Part shown: positions 52,801-64,000 of the stretch, piece after piece
Layout of the letters: each line of letters starts with the position of its first letter
Numbering within the stretch: the stretch's first letter is position 1
Origin: Escherichia coli
Lineage (GTDB): Bacteria; Pseudomonadota; Gammaproteobacteria; Enterobacterales; Enterobacteriaceae
Strand: one strand, 5' to 3'
Length of the DNA stretch: 64,000 nucleotides
Assembly (NCBI RefSeq): GCF_001677475.2
Contig: NZ_CP015229.1
The notes under the pieces: generated by a model
Seen by the model: only the letters and a program-made list of their open reading frames with translations
What the model was told of the DNA's origin: nothing
The model's database searches: none
Program-made: the position numbers and the translations under genes

Positions 52801-54280
52801 GATGATCTCCGTGAAGCTGGTTTCCGAACCGGGCGTAGGCACCATCGCGACTGGCGTGGCAAAAGCTTATGCCGATTTAATCACCATCGCAGGCTATGAC
52901 GGCGGCACCGGCGCAAGTCCGCTTTCATCGGTGAAATACGCAGGCTGTCCGTGGGAACTCGGCCTGGTGGAAACCCAACAGGCGCTGGTTGCCAACGGTT
53001 TACGTCATAAAATTCGTTTGCAGGTTGATGGCGGCCTGAAAACGGGCGTTGATATCATCAAAGCGGCGATTCTCGGCGCAGAAAGCTTCGGCTTCGGCAC
53101 TGGCCCAATGGTCGCGCTCGGTTGTAAATATCTGCGAATTTGCCACCTGAACAACTGCGCCACGGGTGTAGCAACTCAGGATGACAAACTGCGTAAGAAT
53201 CACTATCACGGCCTGCCGTTCAAAGTGACTAATTACTTTGAGTTTATCGCCCGTGAAACCCGCGAACTGATGGCACAGCTGGGCGTAACGCGTCTGGTGG
53301 ATCTGATTGGTCGCACCGACCTGCTGAAAGAGCTGGACGGTTTCACCGCCAAACAGCAGAAACTGGCGCTGTCGAAGCTGCTGGAAACCGCCGAACCGCA
53401 TGCAGGTAAGGCGCTCTACTGTACCGAAAACAATCCGCCGTTTGATAACGGCCTGCTGAACGCGCAGTTGCTGCAACAGGCGAAACCGTTTGTCGATGAA
53501 CGCCAGAGCAAAACCTTCTGGTTCGATATCCGCAACACCGACCGTTCTGTCGGCGCGTCGCTTTCAGGCTATATCGCCCAGACGCACGGCGATCAGGGGC
53601 TGGCAGCCGATCCTATCAAAGCGTACTTCAACGGCACCGCAGGCCAGAGTTTCGGTGTGTGGAACGCGGGCGGCGTGGAACTGTACCTGACCGGGGATGC
53701 CAACGACTATGTCGGTAAAGGCATGGCGGGCGGCTTAATCGCCATTCGTCCTCCGGTTGGTTCCGCCTTCCGCAGCCATGAAGCAAGTATTATCGGCAAC
53801 ACCTGCCTGTATGGCGCGACCGGTGGTCGTCTGTATGCCGCAGGCCGCGCGGGTGAACGTTTCGGCGTGCGTAACTCCGGTGCTATCACCGTGGTAGAAG
53901 GCATTGGCGACAACGGCTGTGAATATATGACGGGTGGTATCGTCTGTATTCTGGGTAAAACCGGCGTTAACTTCGGCGCGGGCATGACCGGCGGCTTCGC
54001 TTACGTTCTCGATGAAAGCGGCGATTTCCGCAAACGCGTTAACCCGGAACTGGTCGAGGTCTTAAGCGTTGACGATCTGGCGATCCATGAAGAGCATCTG
54101 CGTGGTCTTATCACCGAGCATGTTCAGCATACTGGCTCTCAGCGCGGTGAAGAGATTCTGGCGAACTGGTCAACCTTCGCCACTAAATTTGCGCTGGTTA
54201 AACCGAAGTCCAGTGATGTAAAAGCACTGCTGGGTCACCGTAGTCGTAGCGCAGCAGAGTTGCGCGTGCAGGCGCAGTAA
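49820..54280 (+). CDS. gltB: Glutamate synthase (NADPH) large subunit GltB (1486 aa)
   Basis: Translation [44 protein letters not shown]... through the FMN and glutamate-synthase C-terminal domains. Alternative in-frame upstream starts exist (49712, 49727); the propeptide is removed to expose Cys in CGFGL. Confidence 0.93.
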   Translation: [1486 protein letters not shown]

Positions 54281-55711
<1,431 letters not shown>

Positions 55712-55894
55712 GCTCTGTCCCAGCGCCGCCTCCTCAGAAAAGAGTCGGCGCTGAAATTCTCCTTTCTTTCTGGAAAGCGCCTCGCATAATCTGAAGAAAA
55801 CCAATGTAATACGCTCATCTGGATTGTTACCGGTAGATGCCCGGCGTATAGCTGATTCCATTATTCAACGCAGCGCCATATAAAGGGACAGATA

Positions 55895-57022
55895 ATGGAA
55901 TCGCTCTCAGAGAGAACCTCAACAGGCTACCAGCAAATCCACGACGGTATTATTCATCTGGTCGATAGCGCACGGACGGAAACGGTACGTAGCGTTAACG
56001 CGCTGATGACCGCGACATACTGGGAAATTGGCCGACGAATTGTCGAATTTGAACAAGGTGGCGAGGCCAGGGCTGCGTATGGTGCGCAGCTAATCAAGCG
56101 ACTATCAAAGGATTTAAGTCTAAGGTATAAGCGTGGGTTCTCTGCAAAAAACTTACGCCAAATGAGGCTTTTTTACCTCTTTTTTCAACATGTTGAAATT
56201 CGCCAGACAGTGTCTGGCGAATTAACACCATTGGGAATTCCGCAGACACCATCTGCAGAATTCCCATCGGCAAAGATTTGGCAGACGCTGTCTGCCAAAT
56301 CTTTCCCCCTGCCCTGGTCCACCTACGTCCGTTTACTTTCCGTTAAAAACGCTGACGCCCGCAGCTTTTATGAAAAAGAGACGCTCCGCTGTGGCTAGTC
56401 TGTTCGCCAGCTAGAACGGCAAATTGCGACCCAATTTTATGAGCGAACACTACTGTCACATGACAAATCAGCCATGCTGCAACAACATGCTCCTGCCGAG
56501 ACGCATATTCTTCCGCAACAGGCGATACGCGATCCTTTTGTGCTTGAATTTCTGGAGTTGAAAGATGAATACTCAGAATCCGATTTTGAGGAGGCGCTGA
56601 TCAACCACCTGATGGATTTCATGCTGGAACTTGGGGATGATTTTGCCTTTGTTGGTCGACAGCGAAGGTTACGCATTGATGACAACTGGTTTCGTGTCGA
56701 TCTGCTGTTTTTCCACCGCCGTTTACGCTGCCTGCTAATCGTCGATCTAAAAGTGGGCAAATTCAGCTATAGCGATGCCGGACAGATGAATATGTATCTC
56801 AACTACGCCAAAGAGCACTGGACGCTACCGGATGAAAATCCGCCCATCGGTCTGGTTCTCTGTGCAGAGAAAGGAGTCGGAGAAGCGCATTATGCACTGG
56901 CTGGTTTGCCTAACACCGTTCTGGCGAGTGAATATAAGATGCAACTACCTGATGAAAAACGACTCGCGGATGAACTCGTTCGAACACAGGCGGTGTTAGA
57001 GGAAGGCTATAGACGCCGTTAA
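55895..57022 (+). pseudogene. yhcG: yhcG (DUF1016, PD-(D/E)xK nuclease-fold family) interrupted by an in-frame TAG at 56396..56398
   Basis: Track fragments 55895..56398 and 56474..57022 share one frame; read-through gives a 375-codon ORF. C-terminal part carries a D...DxK-like motif (VDLLFF...IVDLKVGK). Confidence 0.8.
56201..56304. repeat. Three adjacent palindromes with a CAGAC..GTCTG core inside yhcG (a fourth lies at 57038..57062 after the stop)
   Basis: cgCCAGACAgTGTCTGGcg (56201..56219); gggaattccGCAGACaccatCTGCAGaattccc (56233..56265, one mismatch); aaagatttgGCAGACgctGTCTGCcaaatcttt (56272..56304, perfect 15-bp arms). Confidence 0.7.
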
Positions 57023-57081
57023 TTTCAGCGGTTTCGAATTCTCCAGACACTGTCTGGAGAATCTTTAAAACGAACTAAATT

Positions 57082-58414
<1,333 letters not shown>

Positions 58415-58418
<4 letters not shown>

Positions 58419-59104
58419 AGCACCGCCTTTTTCATCGCTGTGTTGTACCACTGACAAATGTGTTCAAGACGCGTAATGGCAGAACCGACCGTCACCGCCC
58501 ACGCGCCGTGGCGCATCGCATCTGCCGCCTGAGCAGGCGTGTTGTAACGCCCTTCGGCAATCACCCGACATCCGGCGTCGCTCAACGTTTTCACCAGCGC
58601 CAGATCCGGCTCTTCTGGCGTTTCAGGCGTGGTATAGCCAGAAAGCGTAGTGCCAATAATTTCGGCTCCCAGCTTTTGGCATGCCAGGCCGTCTTCCGGC
58701 GTTGAGCAGTCGGTCATCGCCAGTAAACCGTGATGGTGAATACGTGCCAGCAACGTTTCAACAGGCACCGGACGCGGGCGGTCGGTGCCGTCAATGGCGA
58801 TAATGTCCGCGCCCGCCTGCGCCAGCGCATCAACATCTTCAATATAGGCCGTGATGCGTACCGGAGAATCCTCCAGATCGCGTTTCACAATTCCAATAAT
58901 CGGCACGCTCACCACCGCACGCGTGGCTTGCAGATTTGCCACACCTTCAATACGAATGGCGACCGCGCCCGCCTGCTCTGCCGCTAATGCCATGGCAGCG
59001 ACGATTTCGGGTTTATCGAGCGGGCTGTCCGGAACCGGCTGGCAGGAGACAATCAGGCCACCGTTAGCAGCGATTTTTTGATCCAGTTGTGCAAGTAACG
59101 ACAT
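58415..59104 (-). CDS. nanE: N-acetylmannosamine-6-phosphate 2-epimerase NanE (229 aa)
   Basis: Translation [76 protein letters not shown]... Confidence 0.93.
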
Positions 59105-59151
59105 ACATCTTCCCTTAGCGAAAGGCCCGGTACAGAGACCGGGCAACAGGA

Positions 59152-60642
59152 TTAACTTTTGGTTTTGACTAAATCGTTTTTGGCGCTGCCAAACGGCACG
59201 GCACCGCTGAATGGTTTACCGTCGATAGCGTCATGAGTACGCAACGCTTCCGGGCGCAACCAACGCTGAACACGAGAAGGCATATCCAGACCAATCAGCA
59301 GGATCACCACAAATGTCAGACTGAACGAGAGCGATGCCAGCGCCGTCCCCAGATCCAGACGTTGAGCGATCAACGCGCCGATGATTGGGGCCAGTGCGCC
59401 ACCCAATGCGCCAACGTTATAGGTAAAGCCCAGGCCCGCTGCACGCTGGTCGGTATCGAAATAACCGCCAATCAGTTTCGGTAAGATCCCGGCGATCCCT
59501 TGTCCAAGCATTTGCTGGAAGAACAGTAACAGACCGAGCACCCAGACGTTTGCGCCGCCAATCGCAAATACCGGAATAATCAGCAGCTGCGAGGCCAGCA
59601 GGCTACAAACGTACGCTTTGCGGGTTCCCAGCCAGTCACCGAGGAAGCCACCTACGCAGCATCCCACCGCCGCGCCAAAGCCACTAAAGAACAGCACATT
59701 GGCGACAGTATGCGGGTTATAAGCCAGATCGGTTTTCAGATACGTTGGCAGCAGCGCCTGAATCGGCCATGAGTAGAGGAAAGCAAACAACACGACCACC
59801 ATCAGCATTACGCCCGTTGGCCAGCGTTTGCCCGTACTTTGCACCATAAAGCTGATAAAGATTGCGGCGCATAACAGCCCAAGAACAGCGACGATCGCGG
59901 CATTTTGCAGGTTACCGGCGAAGCAAAACCACAGCGCAGTAGCCGCCGCCAGTGTCATTACGATATTGGCAATGCGATGTTCACCCCGGTAGAGAATATC
60001 TACCATCGTGCGTACTGGTGCTTTACCAGCATGTTTCTCTTTCCAGTCTTCCGCTTCCGGGATGTTTTTACGCAGCCAGAGAGCAAAGATGATTGGCAAA
60101 ATGCCGATAAAGAACAGCGCACGCCAGCCCCAGACCGGAACCACCAGGCTATAGACCTGAGCGGCAACGACGGCCCCCACAGAGAAGCCGGAAATCAGAA
60201 AACCACTGGCTTTATTACGCAGATGTTTTGGCCAGCTTTCAATGACATAGGTGGCGCTGGAACCGTATTCACCCGCCATCCCCATGCCGATGACCAGACG
60301 AGCGATAAACATGGTGATGTAGCCTGGCGCAAAGCCGCAGGCCAGCGTCCCGGCCGAGAAGAGAACGATGCTGGTGACCATTGCCAGACGACGCCCGTAG
60401 CGGTCACCCATAGCGCCGAGCATCAGGCCGCCGAACCAGCGAGAGATAAAGGCTGCGGAGATCAGACTTGCCGCCTGCACCGTCGTCAGCCCGAATTCAC
60501 CTTGTACTTCGGTGAGTACCAGGGCGATTAAAACGAAATCAAAACCGTCAAGCAGATATCCCAACCAGGCAGCGGAAAATGCCCGCCATTGTGCACGATT
60601 GAGATGGCGATACCACGGGATATTCTGGGTTGTAGTACTCAT
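59152..60642 (-). CDS. nanT: Sialic acid transporter NanT (MFS, 496 aa)
   Basis: Translation [72 protein letters not shown]... Confidence 0.93.
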
Positions 60643-60750
60643 TGTGAGTCTCCCGCGGTGGGCGATGCCCACACGCTTTGGTATGAAAATTGTAGGGTAC
60701 AGATGCGTTTATTTCCCCTCACCCGGTAGGGGCGAGCGAGGGGAAACAAC

Positions 60751-61644
60751 TCACCCGCGCTGTTGCATCAACTGCTGGGCCAGCGCCTTCAGTTCTGGCA
60801 GATATTTTTCATCTACCGGTCCAAACGGTTTGCGGCACAGCGGCACAGAAACGACATCCATATAATGGAGGACAGTTTTCAGGCCGCGAAATACGCCCGT
60901 TTTGATCAGTAAATCAATGACTTTATTGCACTCAGTTTGCAGTTTCTGCGCGGTCTGGATATCGCCTTCTTTCAGCGCCTTAACAATGCCCTGATAACGC
61001 CAGCCCATGATGTTGTAGGTACTACCGATACCACCATCAGCGCCCGCCAGAAGACCAGAGGCGAAGATTTCGTCGTAACCGTTATAGAGCACCAGATCAG
61101 GATGTTCACGACGGATCTGTTCCATCTGATAGAGATCGCCAGAAGTCTGTTTCAGCGCACCGACGCCAGGCAACGTAACAAGTGTGTTGATCTGATCCAG
61201 GGTCAGTTTTACCCCACTCAGGGCTGGAATGTTGTACACCACCATCGGCAACCCATCCGCTGAATCAATAATTGCCCGATAGTGATCGCAGTGTTCTTCA
61301 AAGCTGAAAGGATAGTAGAACGGCGTAACGGCAGAGACGGCATCGAAGCCATAACGTTTAGCCGATGCCGCAAGTTGTTGGCTTTCAGCAGTGCTGACGC
61401 AACCTACGTGAGCGATGAGTTTAATCTTGCCTTTCGCCTCTTCGGCGACGATTTCCAGTACCTGTTCACGCTCGGAAAGGCTTTGTACAAAGGCTTCGCC
61501 GGTAGAACCACCCACGTATAAACCGTCGATGCCCTGCTGAATATTGAACTGAACCAGGCGACGCAGACTCGCTTTATCCAGTGCTTGTTGTTGATCAAAA
61601 GGAGTCAGGAGTGCGGCCATTACGCCACGTAAATTCGTTGCCAT
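60751..61644 (-). CDS. nanA: N-acetylneuraminate lyase NanA (297 aa)
   Basis: Translation [81 protein letters not shown]... Confidence 0.97.
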   Translation of the reverse strand: MATNLRGVMAALLTPFDQQQALDKASLRRLVQFNIQQGIDGLYVGGSTGEAFVQSLSEREQVLEIVAEEAKGKIKLIAHVGCVSTAESQQLAASAKRYGFDAVSAVTPFYYPFSFEEHCDHYRAIIDSADGLPMVVYNIPALSGVKLTLDQINTLVTLPGVGALKQTSGDLYQMEQIRREHPDLVLYNGYDEIFASGLLAGADGGIGSTYNIMGWRYQGIVKALKEGDIQTAQKLQTECNKVIDLLIKTGVFRGLKTVLHYMDVVSVPLCRKPFGPVDEKYLPELKALAQQLMQQRG

Positions 61645-61679
61645 AAATACCTCTGAAGTGATGCTTGTCTGATAAACGA

Positions 61680-61702
61680 TATACCTTTATACCTGTTATA
61701 CC
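61680..61702 (-). promoter_or_regulatory. NanR operator: three tandem GGTATA repeats in the nanA promoter
   Basis: Minus strand reads GGTATAacaGGTATAaaGGTATA about 40 nt upstream of the nanA ATG. Confidence 0.6.
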
Positions 61703-61765
61703 AGATCAATTAAGCAACACCCCATACAGAAAGCTTATAATGCGATCTGCTTCACTAAAGTGGCA

Positions 61766-62557
61766 TTATTTCTTTTTGTTGGTGCTCTGACCGAAGGCAT
61801 GCCAGGTAGCAGAGACGCTGTTGAGATGCGATTGCAACGCGCGATCGGCTTCATCGGGATCGTGGCGGCGGATCGCGTCAACGATCGCAATATGCTGTTG
61901 ATAGCTAACGTTGTTATGCTCGTGCAGAGCCTGATCAGCCACGGTTGGACGTGCGGCGATTAGCCAGTCGAGCAGGGCAACGTGGATCGCCATGAAGATT
62001 GGGTTACCTGGGATCTCCGCCAGCACGCGGTGGAAATCAACGTCTGAGCGAATGAATGCCGCGTTGTTATCCAGCGACTGACTGTTGATTTCCAGTGCTT
62101 TTGCCAGCAAATCGATTTGCTCATCGGTGGCGTGTTCAGCCGCATAGCGCACCAGGCTGGATTCAAAGAACAGACGTAATTGTTCGAAATGGGCAATCCC
62201 ACCTGGATGAGAAAGGAAATCTTTCGCCATGCCGGAAAGCTCGCCGATGATGGTGTCCGCAGAAGGTCGAGAGACACGAGCGCGTTCGCCGTTGTTTATT
62301 TGCACCAGACCTTTGCGTTTTAACGCTGCCAGCGCTTCACGCACAGAAGGACGCCCGACGTTAAAGAACGCCATCAGTTCGCGTTCAGACGGTAATTGTT
62401 CACCTTCGCCAAATTCACGACGGCGGATCATCTGTTCCAGCTCTTCTTCCACCATTTCGGAGAGTTTTTTACGCGCCAGCGGGCGGCTGCGCAAGTTGCG
62501 ACCAATTGCAGGTGAAGAATCTTCGGTTTGCGAATCAAATGCGTTCATAAGGCCCAT
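61766..62557 (-). CDS. nanR: GntR/FadR-family transcriptional repressor NanR (263 aa)
   Basis: Translation [79 protein letters not shown]... Confidence 0.95.
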
Positions 62558-62936
62558 TCTGTAAGGTCAGTGTGATTAACATCATCAGTGACATCCTATC
62601 ACAGGATTGAAAGTAGGGGAAAATGGCAGGGTTTTCTCTTTGTGCCTCATCATTACCATAATTAATGGAATAATTAACTATTGCGGAAAATTAATGTAAC
62701 GCAGATAAAAACATCCCGATTGAATTATTTATAAGACTATTCACGAGCATTATGAATATTATGAATGTGTTCTTACAAAATAATCATAAGCGCATATTTT
62801 TTAATGAAAAATCACCTCACCCACAATTAAAAACACGACATCCGCACCATAAATAGACTTGCAAAAAATATAACATCATTGTTTTCAATCTGCCGTTTAT
62901 GGGATTGACCGTTTTCTTTTGACACGGAGTTCAACA

Positions 62937-64000
62937 ATGTTCGGCATAATTATATCTGTCATCGTATTAATTACGATGGGCTATTTGATCCTGAAAAACT
63001 ACAAACCTCAGGTGGTGCTGGCTGCCGCAGGTATCTTCCTGATGATGTGCGGTGTCTGGTTAGGGTTCGGTGGTGTACTCGATCCCGCCAAAAGCAGCGG
63101 CTACTTGATCGTCGATATTTATAATGAAATCCTGCGTATGCTGTCCAACCGCATTGCCGGATTGGGGCTGTCGATTATGGCGGTGGGCGGTTATGCCCGC
63201 TACATGGAGCGCACAGGAGCCAGTCGCGCGATGGTGAGCTTGTTAAGCCGCCCGTTAAAACTCATTCGCTCGCCGTATATTATTCTGTCGGCAACTTATG
63301 TCATCGGCCAAATCATGGCGCAGTTTATTACCAGCGCCTCCGGTCTGGGTATGTTGCTGATGGTCACCTTATTTCCGACGCTGGTGAGTCTGGGAGTAAG
63401 TCGCCTCTCTGCGGTGGCGGTTATCGCAACCACGATGTCCATTGAGTGGGGGATTCTGGAAACGAACTCCATTTTTGCTGCCCAGGTAGCGGGAATGAAA
63501 ATTGCCACATACTTCTTCCACTACCAGCTTCCGGTCGCCTCTTGCGTCATTATCTCGGTGGCGATCTCCCACTTTTTCGTGCAACGCGCTTTTGACAAAA
63601 AAGATAAAAATATCAATCACGAACTGGCAGAGCAAAAAGCTCTCGATAATGTCCCGCCGCTCTATTACGCCATTTTACCTGTGATGCCATTAATCCTGAT
63701 GCTCGGCTCGCTGTTCCTCGCCCACGTCGGGTTGATGCAGTCAGAACTGCATCTGGTGGTGGTGATGTTACTGAGTTTGACGGTGACGATGTTTGTTGAG
63801 TTCTTCCGCAAGCATAACTTGCGCGAAACAATGGACGATGTGCAGGCGTTTTTTGACGGCATGGGTACGCAGTTTGCCAACGTGGTAACGCTGGTGGTCG
63901 CGGGTGAAATATTTGCGAAAGGCTTAACGACGATTGGCACTGTTGATGCGGTTATCAGGGGTGCGGAGCATTCTGGTCTGGGCGGTATTGGCGTGATGAT
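62937..64000 (+). CDS. dcuD: Putative C4-dicarboxylate transporter DcuD, N-terminal part (3' end cut by window edge)
   Basis: ATG at 62937 then [46 protein letters not shown]...; polytopic membrane protein; not in ORF track because truncated. Confidence 0.88.
   Translation, partial: MFGIIISVIVLITMGYLILKNYKPQVVLAAAGIFLMMCGVWLGFGGVLDPAKSSGYLIVDIYNEILRMLSNRIAGLGLSIMAVGGYARYMERTGASRAMVSLLSRPLKLIRSPYIILSATYVIGQIMAQFITSASGLGMLLMVTLFPTLVSLGVSRLSAVAVIATTMSIEWGILETNSIFAAQVAGMKIATYFFHYQLPVASCVIISVAISHFFVQRAFDKKDKNINHELAEQKALDNVPPLYYAILPVMPLILMLGSLFLAHVGLMQSELHLVVVMLLSLTVTMFVEFFRKHNLRETMDDVQAFFDGMGTQFANVVTLVVAGEIFAKGLTTIGTVDAVIRGAEHSGLGGIGVM

Noticed and set aside
55712-55894. Mobile-element scar at the gltD-yhcG junction
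   Set aside because: No inverted terminal repeats, transposase fragments or target-site duplications are visible; the indel relative to K-12 cannot be assigned to a mobile element from sequence alone.

Overview
This window is a conserved core-chromosome segment of Escherichia coli (or a very close Shigella relative), matching the K-12 neighbourhood from mtr through the nusA-infB and rpoN operons to nanR-dcuD. I found no convincing novel multi-gene system: almost every ORF is a recognisable housekeeping gene, and there are no IS elements, integrases, CRISPR arrays or prophage genes. Gene starts below are refined from the six-frame track, which over-extends many ORFs and treats TTG/GTG as Met; all identifications come from reading the translations and DNA against recalled E. 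coli sequences, with no database search run. Features I added beyond the track are tRNA-fMet (metY), tRNA-Leu (leuU), the ArcZ sRNA, the 26-codon yrbN ORF, a PhoP box before yrbL, the NanR operator, a sigma-E promoter and leader terminator (GraL-like) before greA, and about ten intrinsic terminators. The items most worth a second look are: (1) yhcG, a DUF1016 nuclease-fold gene, is cut by a single in-frame TAG; (2) a cluster of CAGAC..GTCTG palindromes sits inside and just after yhcG; (3) gltD is followed directly by yhcG, so gltF and the yhcA-F fimbrial genes of K-12 are absent; (4) metY carries G46 (tRNAfMet1 type) rather than the K-12 A46; (5) yhbX and its upstream region are markedly AT-rich.
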